Of a stretch of DNA of 64,000 bases, positions 30,563 through 40,317 are shown in pieces. Origin of the DNA: Patescibacteria group bacterium (lineage in GTDB: Bacteria; Patescibacteriota; UBA1384; XYA2-FULL-43-10; 1-14-0-10-43-13). Position 1 is the first letter of the stretch. Each line of letters begins with the position of its first letter. A program made the position numbers and the translations under genes. The stretch spans positions 1,645-65,644 of the forward strand of contig JBAYVE010000005.1 of the NCBI GenBank assembly GCA_041674765.1. The letters run 5' to 3'. Under the pieces are notes generated by a model. That model saw only the letters and a program-made list of their open reading frames with translations, was not told the DNA's origin and ran no database searches.

Positions 30563-31528
30563 ATGAAATTTAATTTCAAATGGCTTCTTGCCGGGATGGT
30601 GTTGCCGGTGGGGGCACTTACAATATTTTCTGATAAACCAATAGCAGATAATTTTGAGACCAAGGCATTGCCCAGGCCTTACATTGTTGAGGCAATTTCT
30701 CCGGAGGGCAATATAGCTGAATTTAAGGGCTTGAGTTTGTCCGGAGCGCCTTTTGAAATCGCGGGTGATCTAGGCGCCTTGCCAAACAAAGCAGACAAAT
30801 TTACTGCTTTTCCTGAAATTAAAATGGGTATTGGTAGCAAAATTACGCTCTATCGTGCACCGCATTCTATTGTCGTTGATGGCAAAAAAGCGACTACTTA
30901 CTATAGTTGGGCAAATACTGTCGGCGAATTATTCTCGCAGAATATGATTGAATTAGGCAAAGACGATAAGATAAATTTCTCGCTCGACACTGCACTGGAA
31001 AACAATATGGAGATCAAAATCGTAAGAGTGGCGAAGACCACGGTCGTAGAGACGGAGAATATAGATTTCAAAACCGTCAAAAGAAGCAACTCCAATATTG
31101 AAAAAGGGAATAAGAAAACATTGCAGGCGGGACAGAAGGGGAAAAGAGCAAAAACTTACGCTGTGACGAGAGAGGACGGAGTCCAAATTTCAAAAGTCCT
31201 TATTAAGTCGGAAATTGCCGAGGCACCAATTGAAGAAATTATTGAAGTCGGGACCAAAGTGGCTGTCTATGGCAGCGGCAAGGCGACTTGGTACGGTTGG
31301 CCAAAGATGGAGAAGAAAAACGCGTATTATGCTGCCCACAAGAACTTGCCGAAGGGTACTGAAGTCTGGGTGGTCAATACTGCCAATGGAAAAGGTGTGA
31401 AAGTGACAATTCTCGACCGAGTGTCGGCGAATGTTGAAATTGACCTTTCAACTGTTGCTTTCAAGGAGATTGGCAGTCTCGGCTCCGGAGTCATCAATGT
31501 GAGAGTTGAGAAATATTATCCAGAATAG
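30563..31528 (+). CDS. YabE/RpfB-like protein (ubiquitin-like DUF348, G5, RlpA-type DPBB)
   Basis: TVGELF, QAGQKG..EVGTK G5 pattern, ATWY..AAHKNLPKGT..DLS; upstream of rsmA. Confidence 0.85.
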   Translation: MKFNFKWLLAGMVLPVGALTIFSDKPIADNFETKALPRPYIVEAISPEGNIAEFKGLSLSGAPFEIAGDLGALPNKADKFTAFPEIKMGIGSKITLYRAPHSIVVDGKKATTYYSWANTVGELFSQNMIELGKDDKINFSLDTALENNMEIKIVRVAKTTVVETENIDFKTVKRSNSNIEKGNKKTLQAGQKGKRAKTYAVTREDGVQISKVLIKSEIAEAPIEEIIEVGTKVAVYGSGKATWYGWPKMEKKNAYYAAHKNLPKGTEVWVVNTANGKGVKVTILDRVSANVEIDLSTVAFKEIGSLGSGVINVRVEKYYPE

Positions 31529-31661
31529 GTAATCTTTCAGAAAATGATTGATGTTTACTCCCTTAATACCTAATACATAATACTCAAATAAAAAATAAAT
31601 TTGACTGAGATCCTTCGCAAGGATGCTCAGGATGACAAAGAAGGGGCTCGGATTATAAAAA

Positions 31662-32600
31662 ATGATTGACTTATCAAACAAAACTGAACTGACTTCATAT
31701 CTTAAAGAAAAGGGTCTCTGGGCAAAGCATGGCCTCGGGCAAAATTTTTTGGTTGATAGAGATGCGCTTGATAAAATTATCGATACAGCTTTTGATACAC
31801 CCCACCCAACCTCCCCTCACGAAGGGGAGGAGTCGTTGATTATTGAAGTTGGGCCGGGGGTAGGGACGATGACGGAGGAGCTTGTCAAACATGCGAAGAA
31901 GGTGATTGCGGTTGAATTGGATGAGAAATTAAAGCAATTGTTAAATGGCTATATTGCTGAATTGCTTAAGAACAACAATATAACAATAGAACAATATAAC
32001 AATTTTGAATTAATCAATGCCGATGTACTCAAGGTCAATATTCCCGAATTAGTCGGTGATCAGAAGTACAAGGTTGTGGCCAATATTCCGTATTATATTA
32101 CCTCCAAAATTTTGCAATTATTCTTGACGCTTGAAAATAAGCCGGAGAGTATTACTTTGCTCGTGCAAAAAGAGGTAGCAGAGCGGATTTGTGCTAAACC
32201 TGGTGAGATGTCGGTGCTGGCAGTTTCCGTGCAAGTTTACGGCGAGCCAAGAATTGCCGGCATTGTGAAGAAGGAATCATTTTTCCCCTCGCCAAAAGTG
32301 GACTCGGCAATATTGCATATCGCAATTTCCAATTTTCAATTTCCAATTTTCAATCAATTTCTAAATTACAATTTCCAAACGAAAGAAGCGTTTGAGAAGG
32401 CTTTTTTCCGCCTTGTTCATATCGGTTTTGCGGCAAGAAGAAAAACGCTCGCTAATAACCTCTCAAACGGCTACCATATAGACAAGAAGACAGCAGAGGA
32501 TATAATTAGATCAATGGGATTTTCTGTAAGCATTCGTGCGCAAGAATTATCAGTAGACGACTGGAAGAAGCTGGCAAAAGTCGTATTAGGTATTACGTAG
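31662..32600 (+). CDS. rsmA: 16S rRNA dimethyladenosine transferase with repeat insertions
   Basis: LGQNFL, EVGPGVG, VANIPYYIT, QKEVAERI, PSPKVDS. Confidence 0.97.
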   Translation: MIDLSNKTELTSYLKEKGLWAKHGLGQNFLVDRDALDKIIDTAFDTPHPTSPHEGEESLIIEVGPGVGTMTEELVKHAKKVIAVELDEKLKQLLNGYIAELLKNNNITIEQYNNFELINADVLKVNIPELVGDQKYKVVANIPYYITSKILQLFLTLENKPESITLLVQKEVAERICAKPGEMSVLAVSVQVYGEPRIAGIVKKESFFPSPKVDSAILHIAISNFQFPIFNQFLNYNFQTKEAFEKAFFRLVHIGFAARRKTLANNLSNGYHIDKKTAEDIIRSMGFSVSIRAQELSVDDWKKLAKVVLGIT

Positions 32601-32725
32601 TACGTATTAAGTATTAAGTATTAAGTGGTAGGTGTTATGTGGAGGAAGGCGCTGGGGAATGTACTAAGGGGTAAATATTAAGTATTATGCAAGAGAACAA
32701 AAAAATCGAATCTGAATATTTATTT

Positions 32726-33142
32726 GTCATTCCAGACTGTGGCTCGATCCGCCAACTGGCGGACTGGAATCCAGCCATGCCCTTCGTAGCTGTCAAGCGA
32801 AGTGGGAGAGTGAAGTCATACTATATTTACATTATGGCTAGTCGAAGGAAAGGCACATTGTATATCGGTGTGACGAATGATTTGATCAGAAGAATCTGGC
32901 AGCACAAGAATAAAGTTATTGATGGATTTACGAAAGATTATAATGTCTCCTTATTGGTTTATTATGAAGAAACAGCAGATATTAAATCAGCAATCAAAAG
33001 AGAAAAGCAATTGAAGTCTTGGAATCGACAATGGAAGATAGAATTGATTGAGAAAACAAACCCTGATTGGCATGATTTGTACAGAGAGATAGCTGGATCC
33101 TCGGGTATTACTCTCGAGAGCACCGCCGATCCCGAGGATGAC
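32726..33142 (+). mobile_element. putative GIY-YIG element bounded by GTCAT.. and ..ATGAC hairpins
   Basis: left hairpin 32726-32772 and right hairpin 33095-33142 enclose the nuclease core. Confidence 0.6.
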
Positions 33143-33160
33143 AGGGGAGTGATTCCATAA
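32810..33160 (+). CDS. small GIY-YIG nuclease (YhbQ-like)
   Basis: YIYIMAS..TLYIGVTNDLIRRIWQH..REKQLK.W.R.WK..LIE..NPDW. Confidence 0.93.
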   Translation: MKSYYIYIMASRRKGTLYIGVTNDLIRRIWQHKNKVIDGFTKDYNVSLLVYYEETADIKSAIKREKQLKSWNRQWKIELIEKTNPDWHDLYREIAGSSGITLESTADPEDDRGVIP

Positions 33161-33248
33161 CATGTAATATATACCCTTTTATACACTGGTTTCGTGCCTA
33201 ATACATACTACCTAATACATAATACATAATACTAACAAGTGAGGGAAT

Positions 33249-34775
33249 ATGCCTGAAGTTTTAAATCCGAAGGAGCCTTTAGCCGACAAAATCGTCGGAG
33301 TTATTCAGCGAGCTGATGCTGATTTTACGATGCCAGAGCCTTTGAAACTTTTTACGATCTCTGAGTTTCGACATGAGCTTGGTATTCCGCTAGTTCTGGC
33401 TCGTAAATTGATCGTTTGGGGCTTGGTCAAGGTAGTTCGGACGACCGATGGCACAATTCAGATTACTGAGGGTGAACTTTTGGAAACGAAGGAGTTCTTG
33501 AAGAGCCCCTGGCAGAGAACTAAATTGTTTGTCCGCGCCCTGGGCCCCGGCTTAATTACTGGCGCTTCAGACGATGATCCCGGGGGAATTGCCACTTATT
33601 CTGCTGTTGGTGCGGCTTTTGGCTACAAGATGCTCTGGATGGCACTCTGGCTTTTGCCATTGATGACCGCCGTGCAGGAGGCCTGTGCCCGTATCGGCAT
33701 TGTGACCAACAAGGGGCTTTCCGGAGTACTAAAGAAGCACTATGCCAAATGGGTCGTCTTTCTGGTTGTTTTGTTCCTAATTGTTGCCAATGTCGTTAAT
33801 ATCGGTGCCGATCTAGGGGCAATGGCTGCGTCCCTAAAACTGGTTTGGGATGTCAATTTTACCGCTGCCGCCTTTGGCTTTGCGCTTCTTATTTTGTTGA
33901 TTGAGGTGGCAATCCCATATCGATATTATGCCTCGGTTCTGAAATGGCTGACAATCTCAATTTTTGCTTATGTAGTGACAGGGTTCATTATCAGGCCTGA
34001 GTGGCTATCTGTTTTTAAGGAAGCGCTGGTGCCGGACTTCATCCTTTCCAAGGACTATATTTTTGCAATAGTCGCTGTTTTCGGCACAACGATCACGCCT
34101 TACCTTTTCTTCTGGCAGGCTTCAGAGGAGGTCGAGGAGGGCAAAATGACGCCAAAGAGCGATGAGGCGGGCAAGCCGATTGCTTACAGATTGACTGACC
34201 GGATCGCTCATATGAGGACGGATGTACGCACGGGCATGGCTTTAGCAAACTTAGTTTTCTTCTTCATCATTCTAACTACGGCCAAGGTGTTGCATCAAAA
34301 CGGTATTACCTCGATCGAAACCGCCGAGCAGGCAGCAGAGGCGCTCCGTCCCTTTGCCGGCGATCAAGCCTTTCTTTTATTTGCCCTGGGAATAATTGGC
34401 ACAGGTCTTCTGGCAGTACCAATCCTAGCCGGTTCCGGAGCTTACGCCCTTGCAGAATTGATGGGATGGCGAGAAGGTCTTGGCAAGAAATTCTCAGAGG
34501 CCAAAGCGTTTTATATGGTGATTGCGATTTCGATTTTGGTAGGCTTGGGCTTAAATTTCGTCGGCATCAGTCCGATCACGGCGCTTTATTACTCCGCCTT
34601 CCTAAACGGAGTTATTGCAGTACCGCTCCTCTTTGTTATTATGATAGTAGGCGGTGATAAGAAGATTATGGGGCGGGAGACACACCCCAATTGGGTCAAA
34701 TTCTTCGGCTGGGCGGCCTTTATCTTCTCAGCAATCGCCGTGCTTTCGATAATTATTATGCAGTTTATAAAATAA
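33249..34775 (+). CDS. Nramp-family divalent metal transporter with N-terminal HTH-like extension
   Basis: LGPGLITGASDDDPGGIATYS, GTTITPYLFFWQ, multiple TM segments. Confidence 0.9.
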   Translation: MPEVLNPKEPLADKIVGVIQRADADFTMPEPLKLFTISEFRHELGIPLVLARKLIVWGLVKVVRTTDGTIQITEGELLETKEFLKSPWQRTKLFVRALGPGLITGASDDDPGGIATYSAVGAAFGYKMLWMALWLLPLMTAVQEACARIGIVTNKGLSGVLKKHYAKWVVFLVVLFLIVANVVNIGADLGAMAASLKLVWDVNFTAAAFGFALLILLIEVAIPYRYYASVLKWLTISIFAYVVTGFIIRPEWLSVFKEALVPDFILSKDYIFAIVAVFGTTITPYLFFWQASEEVEEGKMTPKSDEAGKPIAYRLTDRIAHMRTDVRTGMALANLVFFFIILTTAKVLHQNGITSIETAEQAAEALRPFAGDQAFLLFALGIIGTGLLAVPILAGSGAYALAELMGWREGLGKKFSEAKAFYMVIAISILVGLGLNFVGISPITALYYSAFLNGVIAVPLLFVIMIVGGDKKIMGRETHPNWVKFFGWAAFIFSAIAVLSIIIMQFIK

Positions 34776-34779
34776 AATT

Positions 34780-37506
34780 ATGCCAAGACAGCCGGAACAA
34801 TCTATGCCTGGTGACACACATCCGCCTTTTGCTGATCCTAGTACTGGTTTTTGGAAAGACAATGAAGCTTTTGATCGTAGATTTTCAACATACGGTCCAG
34901 CGATAAAATCAGCTGTTGAACAGATGATTTATATGGGCCACAGCACGGACTGGGTTATCAATGGTCAGATTGGCGATAATCCCGAATTTGATGCTGACAG
35001 TAGCGCCGATATGGAAAATATTTATCAAACAAATTCTTATTCGCTCCTACCGAACGAACAAAAGGCTGCTTTGATGAAAGAGATAATTCGAGAAATGTTT
35101 CGACAAATTAAAGATTTTCAAAGCAGGCTTTCTGAAGAGGGGAGCAAAAAGGTAGAAAGATTAAAATCTAGTAATTTCTTTGAATCGGATTATTCTAGAT
35201 ATAACGAGATTGATGATCCTTGGGCGGGAGTGGATCTGTCAGATGTCTATCCAGATTGGAGAGATGAAGGAGATTTGCAAGCACCCAAGAATCCTGAGGA
35301 TAATAGCGGTGAGTTTCCGGAGAACGGAACTTACGATTTTGTTATCAAGCAGGCGATTAATGAACTGAAAAATTTAGGGCAAGGTCCCGCTACTATAGAT
35401 TTTTTAATGGATTTCTGGAATGCAAGCCGCGATCCTTATTTTGGTCCGGCAATTGCCAATACGATCTCAGAGATCAATCCTGAATATGGGGTAAAAAAGA
35501 TCTTAGAGGGCATTGGGACTGCAGAAGAGGAAGACCAAACAAGATTATTGTCCTTGCTTTATCGTATGGAGCTCGGGAAAGTGGGTATCTCTGAGCAGGG
35601 AGTAAATTATCTCGGCCGCATTTTCGAGGTTGGCGTTAATGAAGGAAGCGTATCGCGTCTTACTGCCGATGGAAAAGTAGGAGTCTTTAACGATTTAAAG
35701 CAACTAATTGGTTTTTTTAAATTAGAAGGCGCCGACTTTACTGTAGAACAGCAAGGAGCCATAAAAAAACAGCTCGAAGCGATTACTATTGATATGCTTT
35801 TCATTCCCAGAACAGATGAGACCAGGGAAGACATTGCGGAAAAAGAGAAATTACTGGCTGAGTTTAAGCAAAAATATTTTCAAATATATCTTGAAGCGTT
35901 TTCAAAACACGATGATAAAGCCGATTTTAGATTCAATAATCTCTCACTTCCCGAGCAGGGCTTTGTTCTTAAATTCTTAAGCCAACACGATGAGGGCGAC
36001 CCCAGAAGAGAAGAATTTTTTAATTTTATCGTGAAATTTGGGGAAAATGGCCTTAGAGCATTTCGTTCAATCGAATTTGATCCTGATGCAGGAGAAAAAA
36101 TATTGGATCTCCAGGCAAACTTAAGCGATCAAGAAGCTGAAATTTTGTTTACTGAATATGGTAAAATTTATCAAATTGCCGAGGAAGTGGCTATCTGGGT
36201 TAAAAAAGTTCTATTTACTGATGCTGATAATCTCACTGCCAAAGACTTATTGGAAGTGAATATTCTAAGAGAGCAGATACTGAGGAAAGCTCAGGACGCC
36301 TTGTTGCACCCCATTGAAGAGAATAGTGGGACAAGATTCTTGCCTGGACGCGACCGACTATTTTTCATGCGCAATGAGTTGGAAAAAGTTGTCTCAAACG
36401 AGCCAACCATCGATAATTTTGAGATGGCTCAATTTATTTTAAATCGCTATTTTGCAGATAATGTGCCATCCGGAGAAAGATTATCTTTGTCTGAACAGGT
36501 TATTTCTGATGGCTTAGCCAAACTCTATAACAATCAGGAATTTTCTTTGCGAGATTACGAAGGGAAAACCAGTGACACCAGTAGGAGTTTGAGCGCTTTG
36601 TTGCATGAGATGAACGAAATGCCAGCGCAAGAAATGACAGGAGACCCGGAGGAGCGTTTGATTTATGATATTGGGGCGGGTGATGGCAGAATTGCTATTC
36701 CTTTGGCGTTATCGGGGGCAAATGTTGTCGGCATTGATTACTCTGAGAGAATGGTCGCTGATTCCAGAACTCGGCCGATTGAATTTGCTCGTACTTTAAG
36801 AAATGGAGAAGATGATCATCTTGCCGACTCGGCGAGGAGCGCTTTTGATCAAAACGGATTGAAGATTACTGAAGAGGCAATCGCAAAATTGCCAAAGAAA
36901 ATCGACATCAGACACGGTAATTTCTTTGATTTTGATAAGGAGAAATTTAAGACAAATTTTGGCGAAAGGCAGCCAGACGCCATTGTAATTATGTGGCACA
37001 CGCTCGGTTTTGCCGGCGATTTAGATGGAATCAGACGAGTTTTGAAAAATGCCTATGGGATATTACGACCCGGAGGCAGGATATTTATAGAGATGCCTGA
37101 TAGGAATTTTGGCGGCTACGCCAGGGCAATTCGAGAATTCCATGAAACCCATCCGGATAAACCTTTCGGCAGCATTCAGGATGCTCCGTCAAAAAGCAGT
37201 AACAGCCCAACAGAACAAAATGATGAATTAGCGACTTGGCGTTATTTTCCTAAAAACAGCGAGATTGAGGGCGCCCTGGAAGAAACTGGATTTGATCCTC
37301 ATGTTTCTCATCTTGGGTCTTATTTTGTTGCTGCGGAAGCCGGAGAAAACGCAAAATTGCTTATCAAAGAAAATATGTTTATTGCAGAAAAACCTCTTGA
37401 TCCTATTCGTCAGAAAAAGATGTTGGAATGGGCTCAAAATGTTGACAAAGATCAAGGACAACAGGAACAGCTGGATAGAATAAGGAAAGAGATAAGGGCC
37501 GCTTAG
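34780..37506 (+). CDS. large acidic protein with C-terminal class I SAM methyltransferase domain
   Basis: YDIGAGDGR, VVGID.S..MV, LRPGGRIFIE. Confidence 0.8.
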   Translation: MPRQPEQSMPGDTHPPFADPSTGFWKDNEAFDRRFSTYGPAIKSAVEQMIYMGHSTDWVINGQIGDNPEFDADSSADMENIYQTNSYSLLPNEQKAALMKEIIREMFRQIKDFQSRLSEEGSKKVERLKSSNFFESDYSRYNEIDDPWAGVDLSDVYPDWRDEGDLQAPKNPEDNSGEFPENGTYDFVIKQAINELKNLGQGPATIDFLMDFWNASRDPYFGPAIANTISEINPEYGVKKILEGIGTAEEEDQTRLLSLLYRMELGKVGISEQGVNYLGRIFEVGVNEGSVSRLTADGKVGVFNDLKQLIGFFKLEGADFTVEQQGAIKKQLEAITIDMLFIPRTDETREDIAEKEKLLAEFKQKYFQIYLEAFSKHDDKADFRFNNLSLPEQGFVLKFLSQHDEGDPRREEFFNFIVKFGENGLRAFRSIEFDPDAGEKILDLQANLSDQEAEILFTEYGKIYQIAEEVAIWVKKVLFTDADNLTAKDLLEVNILREQILRKAQDALLHPIEENSGTRFLPGRDRLFFMRNELEKVVSNEPTIDNFEMAQFILNRYFADNVPSGERLSLSEQVISDGLAKLYNNQEFSLRDYEGKTSDTSRSLSALLHEMNEMPAQEMTGDPEERLIYDIGAGDGRIAIPLALSGANVVGIDYSERMVADSRTRPIEFARTLRNGEDDHLADSARSAFDQNGLKITEEAIAKLPKKIDIRHGNFFDFDKEKFKTNFGERQPDAIVIMWHTLGFAGDLDGIRRVLKNAYGILRPGGRIFIEMPDRNFGGYARAIREFHETHPDKPFGSIQDAPSKSSNSPTEQNDELATWRYFPKNSEIEGALEETGFDPHVSHLGSYFVAAEAGENAKLLIKENMFIAEKPLDPIRQKKMLEWAQNVDKDQGQQEQLDRIRKEIRAA

Positions 37507-38306
37507 CCCCCGGCTCCTCTCCAGGCAAGTTCAAAAAGCCCTCTCATGCTCTCGGCTATGTTCTTGTTGTCTATAATAACGGCGACTAGGACATCATCCT
37601 TGTTGTAATTGCAGAATGAGACCTTGTTGCCATATATTTGAATCTCAAGTTTACATGTAAACAAACTTTTCTTAACTACCCTTGTTTCTCTCAATTCGGT
37701 CTTGTCGTGAGCCAGATAGTCGGCCGTGTTTTTATCCTCGCCCGACGAGACAATAACTCGTGCCGGAATATTTGCTTTCACTCTTCTCTCTACATAGTGG
37801 TCTCGAAGCCATCGCCAAACTTTAGGATCAGACTCGGCTGCTTCCAAAAAGGCGTCGATTGGTTTGCCGACTTTGAGTGTGTCTTCGTATAATTCTTTGA
37901 TACCTTCATATCCTTCCATTACCCTGACCACCGGACGTTCGGTCGTCATCTTAAACATCTCTGACAAGCCGGGGAGTACAGAGTCGATGAGGGAATCTGC
38001 TTCTCGGAATTTTTGTTCTTGGTCAACGATATATTCCTTTAATCGATATGGATCTCTAGGGCGAAATTGAATTTTCTTATTCTTGATTGTTTGTTCTATC
38101 ACGCTCTTGTCGCGGAGGGAATAGAGGATATTGTAAAGATCGCCCCTTTTGTAAGGGGTTTTTGGTGTTAGGTCGCGTACTCCAAGCTGGCCACTAGAAA
38201 GTAATACCTCGTAAACTATAGCCTCTTTTTCCGATAGTCCTGCGCGGGATAAGACATCCTGATACTTGGAAATAGATTCCTTTTTTGGAGTTTTGTCATC
38301 TTGCAT
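37503..38306 (-). CDS. TrmB-family transcriptional regulator
   Basis: GLSEKEAIVY, RGDLYNILYSL, PVVRVMEG, IYGNKV. Confidence 0.87.
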   Translation of the reverse strand: MQDDKTPKKESISKYQDVLSRAGLSEKEAIVYEVLLSSGQLGVRDLTPKTPYKRGDLYNILYSLRDKSVIEQTIKNKKIQFRPRDPYRLKEYIVDQEQKFREADSLIDSVLPGLSEMFKMTTERPVVRVMEGYEGIKELYEDTLKVGKPIDAFLEAAESDPKVWRWLRDHYVERRVKANIPARVIVSSGEDKNTADYLAHDKTELRETRVVKKSLFTCKLEIQIYGNKVSFCNYNKDDVLVAVIIDNKNIAESMRGLFELAWRGAGG

Positions 38307-38471
38307 TGCCTAATTGTATTATTAATCACAATAATTTGTCAAGAATATTTGACACATTGTTAATACAAAAACAGTGTTAATTATTGGTTTATTAAGTACA
38401 GTATTTATAAATTTAAACAAAAATAGGTAGTCAATTTTGTAATTAATCTTGATTAAAACTGTTATAACCCC

Positions 38472-38576
38472 TTGACAAATAAAGCAAGCTGTTGTATAAT
38501 GGCCTGTCACGATGAGAAAGGCGAACAGTGCCAGGAGCACTAGGCCGCGACTCAAAAGGACAGAACATTAAAAATT
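38472..38576 (+). promoter_or_regulatory. consensus sigma70 promoter with structured leader
   Basis: TTGACA-17-TATAAT, then TGTCACGATGAGA; ctgtc/gacag and agtgc/gcact stems. Confidence 0.75.
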
Positions 38577-38579
38577 CAA

Positions 38580-39670
38580 CAGTATAAAGGTCGAAGTATA
38601 GAGTATATAGGTAGAGATCAAAATCCCTAAATACTAAATACTAACCCCTTAATACTAATAAAAGAGGGCAAGAAAAAGACAAGCCCAAACCCAGTATTAA
38701 GTATTCTGTATATAGTTATAGGCATATCGGAAATCCGGCATTGCCACTTAGGTAATCGCATCTTTTAGCCGATATATTCCCCTAAATACTAAATACTAAT
38801 CACTTAATACTAATATCATCCCACTTCGCTCCTATCGGAGCTTCGCGGGATCTTCGAGTAATAGATTTATCCTTGACACAGGAGTTTAGAGATAAGTCTG
38901 AAACCAAGCGTTGAGCAATAAGCTAATAAGAATTAGTCATTTTGCTGAATGTGAAAGTGGACGAATATAAACTCAATTACTCGTAAATATTTTATTGTTC
39001 GAACGGAGCGAGAACTTCTCGTTTACGCTCGAAGAATAAACGGTGCTTATTCCGGCGCGCGCTCTTAGGAGGGGCAAACGCCAGAATTCCGGCCTTTGTG
39101 CTCATTTTGAGCATGGGTCAAACACAAATGGCGTGAATTAACGCCGTCCTTCGCATAAAGCTACGGACGGCATCGCCACAATTCCTCTGTCATCCTCGGG
39201 CTCGACCCGGGGATCCCAGACATCTTTTCGGATTTCGATATTCGAATTTCGAAATTTCCAGCATCACTTGCATAGCAAGTTGGTGCCGGATGGCTTGTCT
39301 CCTTCTTGCCCTCATATGCCGAGTGATCGGCATAGTATAAAGGGAAAAGTAGAAAGTATCATGGTTACCGTTCGAGCAGCCGTAAGGCATGCGAGAACTC
39401 CCAAAGTACTTAATACTAACCTCTTAATACTAAACATATATATCTGGCTCTCGCTTGAATCTGCCGAGACTACCATGTCATCCCCGGGCTTGACCCGGGG
39501 ATGACATGAGGCTTTTTAATTTGCGCCTAAATTTATGAAAGGTAAGCAATAATCAGTCTTCGTCTTGGACTTTGAGCGAGAGTTGGAAAATTTCCCCTTA
39601 TATGTTGTCATTTCGACCCATTGAGAGCCCGCCGCTGGCGGTATGAATCAAGGCGAGAAATCCCATCGTA
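38580..39670. repeat. 1.1 kb mosaic of heptamer arrays and hairpin repeats
   Basis: AGTAT/ATACT inverted arrays 38581-38812; units at 38992-39039, 39142-39172, 39189-39216, 39477-39505, 39607-39662. Confidence 0.8.
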
Positions 39671-39846
39671 TATTGGAAAAACAATTTAAAGAATAATAAA
39701 AGTAATTTTTGGTGCTGCATAGTTGGTTGGTCCTGCGAATGCGGGAGGAGCTGACTACGCTTCACAAAACATTATTCCTTTGTGGGACGTCTAGCTGGTA
39801 TTCCAGCTTGATTTGTGAGCCCCGTAGGAGAAGAAAGGAGTGAAGA

Positions 39847-40044
39847 ATGAAACACATAGGGTGTTTTATTATGATTGCAGTGTTTTTTACAGCTTTCATA
39901 TGGCGAGCGGTGGAAATGCTGATGGTGAAGAAAGTCTGGCCAGGGATGCCAGGCTTTTGGAGTATGATCATCGCTACCACGATCACAAGTGTGGTCATGG
40001 GTAGCGTCTGCTGGGCAGCAATGAAGCTGTCTAGCCGCAAATAA
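39847..40044 (+). CDS. small two-helix membrane protein
   Basis: AAGGAG RBS, two hydrophobic segments. Confidence 0.65.
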   Translation: MKHIGCFIMIAVFFTAFIWRAVEMLMVKKVWPGMPGFWSMIIATTITSVVMGSVCWAAMKLSSRK

Positions 40045-40317
40045 TATCTGCCAGAGCGCCTTTGCCTGCGAGAGCAGGACTTGTATAAGGATGTACATGA
40101 GGTGCTCTGGACCAATCTTTTGAGAAATGAAGGATTTATTCTTCGAACGTAGTGAGGAGTTCTCGACTTCTAGAACATCGCTCGAGCAATAAGTTATTTT
40201 TCCTCAAAATTTTTTTAGAGGAGTCTATGTGTCTCGCCTCAGGCGAGCCGAAAGCCTTCAAGGACATAGACTAGCCGGTCTTCGATAAATGAAGTGAAGA
40301 TCGGTGGAGGGAATGCG

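Noticed and set aside
32687-32809. N-terminal extension of the GIY-YIG ORF
   Set aside because: Translates the left hairpin; GTG at 32810 with GGGAG upstream fits the family length better
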